DNA of 64,000 bases from an uncultured delta proteobacterium (GCA_963771175.1 CAVYSY010000039.1:96001-160000), one strand, 5' to 3'; positions 33,993 to 45,056 are shown, numbered from the stretch's first letter. Notes: generated from the letters alone by a model not told the origin. Translations and numbers: made by a program.

Positions 33993-34165
33993 GCGGCGGA
34001 TTGTACTGGCTGTCTGACGGGAAGTCCTACAGCGAGACCCTCAACGGTGTTGACTGTCCGACGGGAAGTCCATGCTACGGACCCCTCCCCGGTGTCCCCT
34101 CCGCTGCCTCGGAGCGCCTACCAGCCCGGCAGGCCTTCTTCCCGAAGCGCGAGGTGACCGCGACA

Positions 34166-34558
34166 TCAGTCGAGCCCCTTGCGGCCGCGGAACCGCTGTC
34201 GCAGAAACCTTCGGGCGTGTCCGTCCGCAATCAGGCGCTGCGCCTTTTTCACGACGGCCTGTGCCTCCTCCAGGGTGACCCGGTCCTCGAGCAGGGATGC
34301 AGCGAGCACGCATTGATATTCTGCGCAGCTCGCCGGACGGGCTGCGTAGATCTGGCAGTCGCGGCCCTTGAGCGCGGAGCACCTCTGTGGAAGCACCTCC
34401 GTACCGCTGCGACGGGTCTGCGTGGGAATTCCCAGTGCGTGGAGCTGGTCGACTTCCTCGGGCTCTAGCCCGACGTGGCTGAAGAGACTGCCATCGCAGC
34501 ACAGGCCGCAGCCACGGCAGAGAAGCGAGAGCGGAGATTCGGGTGCGCCATGTTCCAT
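34166..34558 (-). CDS. YkgJ-family (CxxCxxCC) cysteine-cluster protein
   Basis: CRGCGLCC, CSAL, CQIYAARPASCAEYQC. Confidence 0.88.
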   Translation of the reverse strand: MEHGAPESPLSLLCRGCGLCCDGSLFSHVGLEPEEVDQLHALGIPTQTRRSGTEVLPQRCSALKGRDCQIYAARPASCAEYQCVLAASLLEDRVTLEEAQAVVKKAQRLIADGHARRFLRQRFRGRKGLD

Positions 34559-34648
34559 CACCTCCCTTAGATAGCCACGGACGGAGGGGCTGTGCCCGCG
34601 CGAGTGGGGGGGCAGGCGAGGGCTCGCTATTCATGGAGCCCGGACGCG

Positions 34649-35920
34649 CTACGGCTTGCGCGTGGGGCCCCGTGAGGCAGCGGCCGCCTCTCGCAGCTTG
34701 TCCTTCTTGCTCTTGCGCTTGCCCTTTACGCCGCCGTGCGGGTCCAGAGCCGGCGGGGCGAGCTCGGTCGGCTCGAACCCCGCGATGCGCTCCCGCGGGA
34801 GCGCGAGGTGGTGACGGCGCTCGATGAGCCGGAAGTGGGCCTCGGTGCTCGCGGTAACGAAGCTGACCGCCACGCCAGCCTGTCCCGCGCGGCCCGTGCG
34901 CCCGATGCGGTGCAGGTAGTCCACCGTAGAGCGCGGCAGATCGTAGTTCACCACCGCGGGCAGCTGCGCGATGTCCAGACCGCGGGCGGCCACGTCCGTG
35001 GCGACGAGCACCTTCACGCGCTGGGCCTGGAAGTCCGCGAGCGCCTGCGTGCGCGCGCCCTGGCTCAGCTCGCCGTGCAGGGCTGCCGCGACGATGCCGG
35101 CGCGATTCAGCTTCAGCGCGACGTGGTCCGCTCCATGGCGGCTCGCCACGAAGACGAGGACATGGGACCACGCGTGCTTCTCGAGGAGCCAGCGCAGCAG
35201 CGGCGTGCGCTTGTCCGTGTCCACCTCGATGGCGCGCTGCTCGATGGCGCGCGGGGCCTCCGGCTCGCCGACGGGTGGCGAGGACGCCTCCATGCTGACG
35301 CGAGTGGGCTCGTGAAGGAGCTGCGCCGCGAGCGTCTGCACCGCCTGCGGGAAGGTAGCGGAGAAGAGCAGGTTCTGCCGGCGGGCGGGCAGCAGCGCCA
35401 GCAGGCGCGTGAGCTCGTCGGCGAAGCCTGGCGAGAGGAGCTGGTCGGCCTCGTCGAGCACCAGCGTCTCCACCGAGGAGAGCCGCAGCGCGTTCTGCTT
35501 CGCGAGGTCCAGCGCGCGTCCGGGCGTCGCCACCACCAGGTCCGCCCCACCGCGCAGCGCCATCATCTGGGGATTGGCCGAGACGCCGCCCACCGCGAGA
35601 CAGCTCTTCAGCGGCCTCGGCAGGTAGCGTCCGTAGCGGCCAATCGCCTCGGAGATCTGCGCGGCGAGCTCGCGCGTGGGGACGAGCACGAGGGCGCGCA
35701 CCTGCCTCGGCACGCGGCCTGGGTTCGCACTCAGGGCGTGCAGGATGGGCAGGACGAACGCGGCGGTCTTCCCCGAGCCCGTCCGCGCGCAGGCCAACAC
35801 GTCGCGGCCCCGCAGCACCGCGGGGATGGCCTCGCGCTGGACCGGCGTGGGCGCCTCATAGCCGAGGTCGGCCACGGCACGGGCGATCGGCTCGCAGAGG
35901 CCGAGAGAAGTGAAGGTCAT
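34649..35920 (-). CDS. DEAD-box RNA helicase (RhlE-like)
   Basis: PTPVQ, ARTGSGKT, PTRELA, TPGR, DEAD, SAT, ARGLD, HRIGRTGR. Confidence 0.93.
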   Translation of the reverse strand: MTFTSLGLCEPIARAVADLGYEAPTPVQREAIPAVLRGRDVLACARTGSGKTAAFVLPILHALSANPGRVPRQVRALVLVPTRELAAQISEAIGRYGRYLPRPLKSCLAVGGVSANPQMMALRGGADLVVATPGRALDLAKQNALRLSSVETLVLDEADQLLSPGFADELTRLLALLPARRQNLLFSATFPQAVQTLAAQLLHEPTRVSMEASSPPVGEPEAPRAIEQRAIEVDTDKRTPLLRWLLEKHAWSHVLVFVASRHGADHVALKLNRAGIVAAALHGELSQGARTQALADFQAQRVKVLVATDVAARGLDIAQLPAVVNYDLPRSTVDYLHRIGRTGRAGQAGVAVSFVTASTEAHFRLIERRHHLALPRERIAGFEPTELAPPALDPHGGVKGKRKSKKDKLREAAAASRGPTRKP

Positions 35921-36015
35921 AGGCTGGCTGGCTCGGGTGGCAGGGGGGCGCGGAGACTACCCCATCCATGCATCCCATGGCATCCAGGCGGGCAAGCGCT
36001 CGAGGCTTCGCGTGG

Positions 36016-36774
36016 CTAGGAACGCGCTGGCGCCCAGATGGCGCTGTGGGCCTCCGGCGCGTCCGGGGACACTTCCGCCGTATAGAAGTAGGCCGCGACC
36101 GCGGCTCGTCCCCGTCCCTCGGGACACTCCAGCGGGGATGGGTGGCCATGCCAGTGGTCATCGCCATGAGCCATCACGACCAGCCGATCGAGGAGCGGAG
36201 CGATTCGGGTCTCGCACCTGGAGAGGTCGGCATTCCACAACTCGAGGTCGCCGCCCCAGGCGGGTTCCCAGCCGGGGTTCAGGTAGTAGAGGACGGTGAG
36301 CCGCCGCGAGAGCGCACGGAAGCGATCGCGGTTGAAGTCCGCGTGAAGCGCCAGATGGCCCCCACGAAGCGTGAGGTGCAGCCCGGCGCCCCGGAAATGC
36401 GGATCCGCGATGAGCCCCTGAACTCCGGTGAGTGTCTCCAGGAATTCGAGGAACGACATGCTCGAGAATTCCGAGAGCAGGTGCCGGAGCGCTCCGTGCA
36501 CACCTTCGAACGCCTTGCGCTGAAGCTGTCCCAGGCGCGCCGCCTGTTCCTGGTGATCGCGTCGCTTCCAACTGGCCTCGGATGCGCCCGGGAAGACCCC
36601 TGCCAGTCCGGACGCAAGCCGCTCTCCCAGGAAGCCATCGATGACGGCGTGAGGATAGGGCCGTGCGGCGCCGTAGGTGTCACGATGGGCCAGCGCGAGC
36701 GAGCGAAGCGCCGTACGAGAGAGGAAGAAGCTCGGACCCAGTAACGGGCCTTCTTCGAGGGTTGCGACGCTCAC
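36016..36774 (-). CDS. 2OG-Fe(II) oxygenase (start approximate)
   Basis: PYPHAVIDGFL, LALHADFN (HxD), GGDLELW, WHG, distal Arg. Confidence 0.85.
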   Translation of the reverse strand: MSVATLEEGPLLGPSFFLSRTALRSLALAHRDTYGAARPYPHAVIDGFLGERLASGLAGVFPGASEASWKRRDHQEQAARLGQLQRKAFEGVHGALRHLLSEFSSMSFLEFLETLTGVQGLIADPHFRGAGLHLTLRGGHLALHADFNRDRFRALSRRLTVLYYLNPGWEPAWGGDLELWNADLSRCETRIAPLLDRLVVMAHGDDHWHGHPSPLECPEGRGRAAVAAYFYTAEVSPDAPEAHSAIWAPARS

Positions 36775-36866
36775 CGGGGACCTCTCCACCTGAGTTGCTG
36801 GCCTTCGATGATGCCATAAGCGCAGAACGCACGTGCGGCGGACCTGGCAGGAGGCCGCGGCGAGGG

Positions 36867-37895
36867 TCAAGGCAGCTCGCTGAGCACCTCGTGGGTGTCT
36901 ACGTCACGGAAGGTGCGGCGGTACTGCTCGGGATCGGGTGGCTTCTGGGCACCGTGGGGGATTTCGGTACGGACGTCGATGTACTGGCGCTTGCCGTCCT
37001 GAAAGGTGCCGCGGGTGCGGATGGTGATGAGCGAGCCCTTGCTGTCGTTGGACAGGTTCACCTCGGCTTGCAGTTTGTCATTGGGCCGGTTGGCCTTGCT
37101 GTCCCAGGAGGGCATGGGTGGGGGCTCGTCGTGGATGAGCGTCTTCTGGCCTCGGGCGTTGGGCCAGGGGTCCACGTGGGTGGGGAAGAGGCCCTGCTTG
37201 TCGCGCACCGTCAGCGTCCAGTGGTTGTAGGGCTGGCCGCGCTCGTTCTTGCGCACCTCGCCGATGAAGCTCATGTTGGCGGCGTTCTTCAGGCCGCCAT
37301 GCGTCTTGAGGTGCGACAGGAGCGTCATCATCCCGTTGGGGGTGAGGCCCGCGTTGTCGCGCGTCACGTCTCCGGGGCGACTGGGAAGATAGGTCGCCGT
37401 CTTGAGGACCAGCTCCTGCAGGTGCGCGGCCTGCGTGGGCGACATCTTCCCCGAGCGCAGCGCATCCAGGGCCTGCTTTTGTTCCGGGGGGAATTGAGCC
37501 CCCTGCTTCTCCGCCGCCACCACCACCTTGGCGAGCGCCCCCGCGTTGGCCCTGGGGTCGCCGTCCAGAACCAGGGCGTCCACCACACAGGCGGCGCCAC
37601 AACGCACCGAGTCGTTGCCCCCATCAATGTTGTCAATCTGGGGGGACTGGATGACGAGCCCTTCACGGCCCTGCGGTGTGTTCAGGTCGAACACGTGCTG
37701 GCCGTTTTTGTCGTAGTTCTGCTTCGAGGCCTCCACCCCCGGAGGGCCCGCCGCCGCCTTGAAGCTCGAATCGGTGAACGAATTCCTGACCGACTGGCTG
37801 GCCTTCTCCACCGCCGGGCCGATGGCCGGCTTGAGCTCCACCGGCTTGGTGGGCGTCGGTGAGATCGCGCGCTTGATGGAATCAATGAGTCCCAT
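36867..37895 (-). CDS. Hypothetical protein with papain-like Cys-His-Asp pattern (candidate effector/protease)
   Basis: AGGAG upstream of MGLIDSIK; RCGAACVV ... NHWTLTV ... HVDPWP. Confidence 0.55.
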   Translation of the reverse strand: MGLIDSIKRAISPTPTKPVELKPAIGPAVEKASQSVRNSFTDSSFKAAAGPPGVEASKQNYDKNGQHVFDLNTPQGREGLVIQSPQIDNIDGGNDSVRCGAACVVDALVLDGDPRANAGALAKVVVAAEKQGAQFPPEQKQALDALRSGKMSPTQAAHLQELVLKTATYLPSRPGDVTRDNAGLTPNGMMTLLSHLKTHGGLKNAANMSFIGEVRKNERGQPYNHWTLTVRDKQGLFPTHVDPWPNARGQKTLIHDEPPPMPSWDSKANRPNDKLQAEVNLSNDSKGSLITIRTRGTFQDGKRQYIDVRTEIPHGAQKPPDPEQYRRTFRDVDTHEVLSELP

Positions 37896-38004
37896 GCGGC
37901 TCCTCCTTTTTCGGCCAGTATACCCTGGGCGCATGAAGTTCGGTTGGGCGCCGACTCCGCGAGCCCCTGACTCCGGGCCGGTAGCCGCAGAAATTGCGCC
38001 CCTC

Positions 38005-38190
38005 GCTCGAACACCTGGTCGTCGGGGGGGGCAACATATCCAAGACGCGCTCGGGCCACCTGGCCGTCCGGCTCTACTCGGGCTCCGCGATGGCCCTGGG
38101 CGGCGGAGGCTATGACGACAACACGGTGGAGCTGTACGACCCGTACAACAACCGGTGGACCTCGGGCCCGGCCGTGCCGTTCGGCGCGCT
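38005..38190 (+). pseudogene. Kelch-repeat gene fragment
   Basis: RSGHLAVRLYSG..ALGGGG..TVELYDPYNNRWTSGP is a single Kelch blade without a proper start. Confidence 0.7.
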
Positions 38191-38400
38191 CTGGTCCGCG
38201 CGGTCGCCTGTCCCTGCACAGTCCGCCAGAGCGCGCCCGCTGGCACCGCTACCACCCTGGGAGCCCTCCACAAGCCCGAGCTGCGGCTGCCGTGTGCCGC
38301 TCCCCTCGCGTGCTCGTTCGTGGCTGTCGACGCGCGCTGTCATACTCCGAACCGCCCCGCCAGGACCCTTTGGATCCTGAATCGATTGGAGGACCTGGTC

Positions 38401-39322
38401 ATGCGTCTCCGCGCGTGCATCGCACTTCTGCTCTTTCTCTCAGCCTGTACGACGACACCGCCCAGTCCAACACAGCCAGCGGCCCGGGACCCGAGGCTCG
38501 CCAACCTCCAGCGAGCGGCGACGCTGCCGTGGACGGACGGGGGGCGGTGCGCCATCCGCGAAGCTTCTGAGCCCTGGCCCGTGCTGGCGGAGCGGTGCTT
38601 TCATGCCCTCGACCATGACCGGATCGAGTTTCACGACATCACGGGACGATGCGCGGTGGCCTCTGCCGGTGCCGGTGCCGTGGGCGTCGGACTCTGTGTC
38701 TTGGCGGCGCCAGAGATCATCGTGGGAACGGTAATCGTCGCGGGCGTGGTGGTGGTGGGATTCGTCATAAAAGAGGCGCTCGATGCGTATGCTCTGGATA
38801 TGGGGCGTCCCCAGGTAAGGCCCGCGCCTGAAACGCGGCCCGTTGAAACAGCGCCCGCCCCGCAGAAGCCCTCGCAGAAAAAAAGGCCCAAGCCGGAGCC
38901 CAAAGGACCGGATTTCCCGCCTCTGGAACCACCCGAGACTTCGGAGCGAGACCGCCGCAGGTGCGAGCCCGATCCCAGTGCCGTACCACCTTGGCGGTAA
39001 TAAACTGCACGACAAGTGCGCCGACAGGATTCCGAACAACAGTTTCCCCGGCGGGGATGTGTTCGTGAATGGGAAGAACTTCGACGCGCTGCAACTGGCC
39101 ACGCGCACGCTCTGGGAGGTCAAGACCGACAACTTCGACACGTACCCGCCCGAACTTCGGAGAATTGTGCTCGAGGACCAGGTGCCGGAGCTACGGCATG
39201 AGCGCGCCCTCGCTCTGGCCTGCGGATTTGACTTCAAGGTCGGTGTGCGCAGCGCAACGCACAAAGCTGCCCTGCTCAAGCGAGACCCCACCCTCAAAGT
39301 TGTCATCATGGATTGGTGCTGA
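38401..39322 (+). CDS. DUF6310-type lipoprotein toxin, restriction-endonuclease-fold C-terminus (frameshift near 38970)
   Basis: GGAGG RBS; lipobox LSAC; hydrophobic segment; Pro-rich linker; NGKNFDAL..LWEVKT. Confidence 0.8.
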
Positions 39323-39323
39323 A

Positions 39324-40091
39324 ATGCCTGCAACGCAAGACAACGACATTGGCATTATCGTCTACGCGCCTGCGCTCGTAGGCGCCGACAGCCGCCCTTT
39401 GGCTGTTGTTCATGGAATGGAACGCGCGTTCCCTGGCTTACGCCTGGAGTGGACGATTTCTCGCGAGGGGAAGCTGGTCCGGCTACCGCAGCGCGAGTCA
39501 TGGCTCGCCCAAGGGAGGCCGACCGGAAGGGGGTTTCGGCTCATTTGCAATGGCGACGAGAGCTACCGGGTAACGGTGTCTGGATGGGAAAGCCCTGCGG
39601 GCACCTCGCCGGGTGGTCAGGCACAGTTTGAAGTCCATGCAGCCCTGCCGCTCGACGCAACCGGCATCGCAGCGGCAGCGGACGTGCTAGAAGCTGTTGC
39701 GGAGGGCGCTCGCGCGTTCTGGGGGCGCGTGGATCCGGATGGGATGGCCGTGACAGTGTCAGAGCAGTTTCGCCACCCGGGGGAGGATCCGCATGTCCCG
39801 CCTAAAGGGCTGCCCTCGCTCAAACTCCCATGGGAACTCCCCACGCCTGAGATTCCGCATTACCTGGGATGGCTGAACTACTGGTCGGCTGCCGCCGCAC
39901 GGGCCATCGGCTTTCCGGACCCGGCCCGCGACGCGGAGCTGCTTTCGCGCTCGCGGCGTACAGCGACGGGCGGGTGGGTTGTCAGGCTCACCGATGCGCC
40001 GCTCGACCTGGACAACCCCGCCCACCTGGACGCGCTTAAACGGGCCTACGAGCGCTTCCCGGAGATTGGCGGGCGCTCCACCCCTGGATAG
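39324..40091 (+). CDS. DUF5953-type putative immunity protein
   Basis: Starts 1 bp after the toxin stop; PHYLGWLNYWS, GGWVVRLTDAPLDLDNPAH, ERFPEIGGR. Confidence 0.8.
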   Translation: MPATQDNDIGIIVYAPALVGADSRPLAVVHGMERAFPGLRLEWTISREGKLVRLPQRESWLAQGRPTGRGFRLICNGDESYRVTVSGWESPAGTSPGGQAQFEVHAALPLDATGIAAAADVLEAVAEGARAFWGRVDPDGMAVTVSEQFRHPGEDPHVPPKGLPSLKLPWELPTPEIPHYLGWLNYWSAAAARAIGFPDPARDAELLSRSRRTATGGWVVRLTDAPLDLDNPAHLDALKRAYERFPEIGGRSTPG

Positions 40092-40113
40092 CGCTTCCCG
40101 ATTGCGTTGAGCC

Positions 40114-40497
40114 GTACCCGTCCGGCCAATGACGTGCTGAGGAGCTTGGCCGGGGTGAGGGAGGCGACGGACCCTGCCGGGCATGTCGAAGCAGGGAGAG
40201 AAGCCGGAGTGGGTCCGGGTCGCCGAGGAGTACGAGGAGAGCGGGCTGACGCAGAGGGAGTTCGCGGAGCGTCGGGGCATGACGCTGAGCACGCGTGGAG
40301 TACGTGGCGCGACTGGTGGCCGCGCTGGGGCGCAAGTCGTGCTGACGCTGCCCGGCTCGGTGAGGATTCTGCTGGCCACGCAGCCGGTGGACATGCGCAA
40401 CAGCATTGACGGGCTCATGGCCCTGGTGCGCACCGCCTGGGGCGAGGACGTGTACTCGGGACACCTCTTCGTCTTCGTCAGCCGCAAGGGCGACAGG
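40114..40497 (+). mobile_element. IS66-family remnant: possible left IR, internally deleted tnpA, truncated tnpB; no tnpC
   Basis: GTACCCGTCCGGCCAA IR-like start; ESGLTQREFAERRG (TnpA HTH); PVDMRNSIDGL..SGHLFVFVSRKGDR (TnpB). Confidence 0.8.
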
Positions 40498-40702
40498 GGG
40501 CAGCCACCTCGCCAGAGGGGGATACCGCTGACGGTCATCAAGAAGGAGCTGATGGGGCACGCGACCATCGACATGACGGAGCGCTATGCCCACCTGAGCC
40601 CGGACACGCGCAGAGAGGCGGTCGGGGTTCCTCGACCGGCCCTTTGCGCCCGCGTGCGACATACGTGCAACACGGATGGAGGAAGCTGCCAACCACCCGT
40701 AA
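40498..40702 (+). pseudogene. C-terminal stub of a tyrosine integrase
   Basis: SHLA.RGIPL.VI.ELMGHATIDMTERYAHLSP (box II plus catalytic Tyr), with indels, fused directly to the tnpB fragment. Confidence 0.8.
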
Positions 40703-40717
40703 GCACGGCGTAAAAAA

Positions 40718-40743
40718 GTGGAGGCGGCGGGAATCGAACCCGC
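40718..40743 (-). other. att-like fragment: 3' end of tmRNA (or tRNA-Ala), not a full gene
   Basis: Minus strand reads GCGGG-TTCGATT-CCCGC-CGCCTCC-AC, a T-arm plus acceptor 3' strand with U70; no room for a 5' part because the mutS stop is 10 bp away. Confidence 0.75.
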
Positions 40744-40752
40744 CGCCCTCCC

Positions 40753-43498
40753 CTACTTCAGCTCGCGCTGCAGCCGCGCCAGGAGGTTGAGCGCGTCCAG
40801 CGGCGTCGTCTCGTCCAGCTTCAACGCCCGGAGCGCCTCCAGCACCTTCTGGTGACTCGGCTCCAGCTTCGGACCGGGCTCGGCCCCACCGCCGAACAGG
40901 CCGAGCTGCCCCGGTGACGGCGCACCCCGCCCGCCCTTGCGCGCCAGCCGCGGCCGCCCACTGTCGTCGAGCTCGCCCGACTCCAGGTTCTGGAGGATCT
41001 CCCGCGCCCGCGTCACCACCTCCGGCGGCAGGCCGGCGAGCCTCGCCACTTCGATGCCGTAGGAGCGGTTGGCCCCGCCCGCCACCAGCTTGCGCAGGAA
41101 GAGCACCTTGCCGCCCTGCTCCCGCACCGCGATGCAGAGGTTCCTCACCCGGGGCTTCTCCCGGGCCAGGTCCACCAGCTCGTGGTAGTGCGTGGCGAAG
41201 AGCGTCCGCGCGCCCATCTGTCGTGCAGGTGCTCGGCCACCGCCCAGGCGATGGAGAGCCCGTCGAAGGTGGAGGTGCCGCGGCCGATCTCGTCCAGCAC
41301 CACCAGGCTGCGCCGCGTGGCGTGGTGGAGGATGTTGGCTCGTCTCCGTCATCTCCACCATGAAGGTGGACTGCCCGCGCGCCAGGTTGTCCGCCGCCCC
41401 CACGCGCGTGAAGATCCGATCGCACAGGCCGATGCGCGCCGCCGGCCGCCGGCACGAAGCAGCCCGCCTGCGCCATCAGCACGGTGAGCGCCACCTGCCG
41501 CATGCACGGTGCTCTTGCCCGCCATGTTCGGGCCGGTGATGATCAGGATCTGCGCCGTCCTCCGAGTCCAGCTTGACGTCGTTGGGAACGAAGGCCTCGC
41601 CCGCCCCCAGCACCGCTCCACCACCGGGTGGCGGCCCGCCAGCGATGCTCGAGCACCTCGGAGTCGTCCACCATCGGGCCGCACGTAGCCGTACTCGGCC
41701 GCGCAGCGCGCGAAGGAGAGCAGCGCGTCGACGGTGGCCACCGCCTCCGCCGCCGAGCGCAGCCGGGGCGCCTCCGCGACCACCTGGGCCGCGGAGCTCC
41801 TCGAAGAGCTCGCAGCTCCAGCGCGCTCCGCCGCTCCTCCGCGGTGAGCACCTTCTCCTCGTACTCCTTCAGCTCCGGGGTGACGAAGCGCTCGGCGCCC
41901 ACCATCGTCTGCTTGCGGATGTAGTCCGAGGGCACCAGGTGCAGGTTGGCCCGCGTCACCTCCAGGTAGTAGCCGAAGACCCGGTTGTAGCGGACCTTCA
42001 GCGAGCTGATGCCGGTGCGCTCCCGCTCGCGCGGCTCGATCTCGAGCAGGAAGTCCTTGCCGTCGGTGGACAGGGCCACCAGCGTGTCCAGCTCCGCGTG
42101 GAAGCCCGGCGCGGATGAAGCCGCCCTCCTTGAGGTCACGTGGGCGGCTCGTCCACCACCGCGCCGCAGCAGCCGTCCGCCAGCTCCGGCAGCGACCCGA
42201 GCGGCCCCGCCAGGGACTTGAGCAGCGCGGACTCGCAGCGCGCCAGCGCCGCGGCCAGCCGGGGAAGCTGCGCCAGCGACAGCCCGAGCGCGCGCAGGTC
42301 CCTCGCGTTGCCCGCGCCGAGCGACAGCCGCCCGCACAGCCGCTCCATGTCCCCCACCTCCTTGAGGAGGGTGGTCAGCTCCTCGCGCCACACGCTGCGC
42401 TGGGACAGCTCCTCCACCGCGTCCAGGCGGGCGTTGATCTCCGGCAGCGAGCACAGGGGCGCGGCCAGCCACCGGGCCAGCTTGCGCGCGCCCAGGCCGG
42501 TGGCGGTCCGGTCCAGCACGCCCAGCAGCGAGCCCCGGCGCGCGCCGTCCCGCAGGGTGCGGAGCACCTCCAGGTTGGAGCGGGAGGACTCGTCCATGAG
42601 CAGGTGGTCGCCGCGCTCCTGGCGGCTGAGCCGGTCCACGTGGGCGGCCTCCGTCTTCTGGGTGTCCTTGAGGTAGCGCAGCGCCGCGCCGGCGGCCCCG
42701 GTGGCCAGGGGCGCGTCCTGCAGCCCGAAGGCCTCCAGCGACTGCACCGCGAAGTGACCCCGCAGGTAGACCGTGGCCCGCGACGGGCTCGAAGGCGGCC
42801 GTCTCCAGCTCGGTCACCGCCGGCGGCTTCGCCAGCCGCGACACCAGGAAGGTCGTGTCCGGCGACTCCCGCTGCCCCTCGGGCACCAGCAGCTCGCGCG
42901 GCTCGCACCGCGGGACAGCGCCTCCACCAGCTCCTGGCGCGTCCCGCGCCTCCAGGGTGAGGAACTCGCCGGTGGAGGCCTCCAGCAGCGCCGCGCCGAA
43001 GCCCTGGGCCCCCGGGTACACCGCGGCCAGGAAGTTGCTCGCCCTCGGCTCGAGCACCTCCTCGTCCAGCACCATGCCCGGGGTGATGACGCGCGTCACC
43101 TCGCCGCGACGATGCCCGGACCGCTGCCCGGCCTCCTCCACCTGCTCGCAGATGGCCACCTTCAGCCCGTGCTCGACGAGCTTCGCGATGTAGCGGCGCG
43201 CCGAGTGGTACGGCACCCCGCCCATCGGGATCCTCTCCGCGCCCTTCGCCCGCGCGGTGAGGGTGATCTGCAGGAGCTCCGAGGCGCGCACCGCGTCCTC
43301 GAAGAACATCTCGTAGAAGTCCCCGAGCCGGAAGAAGAGGATGGCGTCCGGGTGGAGCGCCTTCGTCTCGAGGTACTGCCTCATCATCGGAGTGAGCGCG
43401 CCGATCTCTCGCGCCCCCGCGGCCTCGCCCGACGCCTCCACCAGCGCCTCGGCCTCGTCCCCGTGTCCCTTGCCTGCCTTCGCTTGCGTCACGCCCAT
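40753..43498 (-). CDS. mutS: DNA mismatch repair protein MutS (many frameshifts)
   Basis: [72 protein letters not shown]. Confidence 0.95.
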
Positions 43499-43693
43499 CG
43501 CCGCCCTTCTCTCACGCGTCCGGTCATGGATCAACAGAACACATGACCTCCGCCGTCAACTCCCCCGTTCCTACTCTGGCCATAGCTAGCACGCCCCTCC
43601 GACATGCGGGCGAGCCGGGGTGGAAAAATCGTGGGGCCGCCCGTCCGAAAACGGTGGCCGGAGACACCTGGGGCGTGCAACCTGTGCCGCGCC

Positions 43694-45056
43694 ATGGAGA
43701 CCCGTACCCCCCTGCCCGTTCCCAGGCTCTTCAAGGTCGCTGTCGCGCCCCTCCAGGCCTTCTTCCGGCTGGAGGCGAGCAGCGGCATCCTTCTGGCGCT
43801 CTGCGCCGTGGCGGCCATGGTCTGGGCCAACTCGCCCTGGGCGGACAGCTACGTCGCCCTGTTCGACGCCCCCCTGGCCCTCGGACTGGGCAGTGGCGCC
43901 CTCTTCCACTTCACCTTCCGTGAATTCATCAACGACGGGTTGATGACGATCTTCTTCTTCCTGGTGGGGATGGAGATCAAGCGCGAGCTGGCCGCCGGGC
44001 GAGCTGCGCACCCTGTCCAAGGCGATGCTGCCGCTCATCGCGGCGCTGGGCGGCATGGTGGTGCCGGCGGCCATCTACGCGGCGCTCAACGCGGGCACGC
44101 CGGCCATCAAGGGGTGGGCCATCCCCATGGCCACGGACATCGCCTTCGCCATCGGGTGTCTCACCCTGCTCAAGGGGCGGGTGAGCCACGGGCTGGTGGT
44201 GTTCCTCACCGCGCTGGCCATCTTCGACGACATCGGCGGCATCCTGGTCATCGCCATGTTCTACGGCACGGGGCTGCACGTGGAGTGGCTGCTGGGGGCG
44301 CTGGCCATCACCGGGGTGCTGTTCGCGTGCAACCAGTACTACGTGCGCAACGGCCTGGTGTACGCGGTGCTGGGTGGGGCGCTCTGGTACGCCATGCACC
44401 ACGGCGGCGTGCACGCCACCATCGCCGGCGTGGTGGTGGGGATGATGATCCCCGCCAGGCCCGCGCGCCGCGGCCGCGAGGTGCTGGAGGAGTTGCACGG
44501 CTACATCGGCCAGCTCCTCAAGGAGCCCGAGGACGAGGCCGTGCGCACCGGCCAGCTCCTGCACATCGAGGAGCAACTGGAGGACATCGAGCCGCCGCTC
44601 ATCCGCTTCGAGCACCTGTGGCACAGGTGGGTGGCGTACGGCATCGTCCCGCTGTTCGCGCTGGCCAACTCGGGCATCTCCGTGAAGGGGATGCACCTGT
44701 CGGATCTGCTCCGGCCGCTGCCGCTGGGGGTGATGCTCGGCCTCTTCGTGGGCAAGCAGGCGGGCATCTTCCTCTTCACCTGGGTGGCGGTGAAGCTGGG
44801 GCTGTCGGAGATGCCGGGGCGGGCGAGTCTCCTGCAACTCCACGGGGTGGCGGTGGTGGCGGGCATCGGCTTCACGGTGGCGCTGTTCGTGGCGGGGCTG
44901 GCCTTCGCCAACGAGCCGGAGCTGCTGGCGGAGGCGAAGCTGGGCATCCTGCTCGGCTCGCTGCTGTCGGCGGTGGTGGGCTACCTGCTGCTGCGCTTCG
45001 GCCCGGCGCCCCGGACCCAGGCGCGGGAGAGCGAGCCGACCACCCAGGCGGCCTGA
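43694..45056 (+). CDS. nhaA: Na+/H+ antiporter NhaA (frameshift near 44000)
   Basis: INDGLMTIFFFLVGMEIKRE, GWAIPMATDIAFA, LAIFDD, GIGFTVALF. Confidence 0.93.

Noticed and set aside
34007..34071. Mini-CRISPR array
   Set aside because: Only two short imperfect non-palindromic copies with a 23-bp gap; no leader or cas gene.
40718..40743. Complete tRNA or tmRNA gene
   Set aside because: Only the T-arm and 3' acceptor strand are present; the upstream sequence is mutS coding DNA.
40753..43498. mutS as a true pseudogene (mutator strain)
   Set aside because: trpS and scpAB show the same indel pattern and the codons between breaks remain well conserved; sequencing error is simpler.
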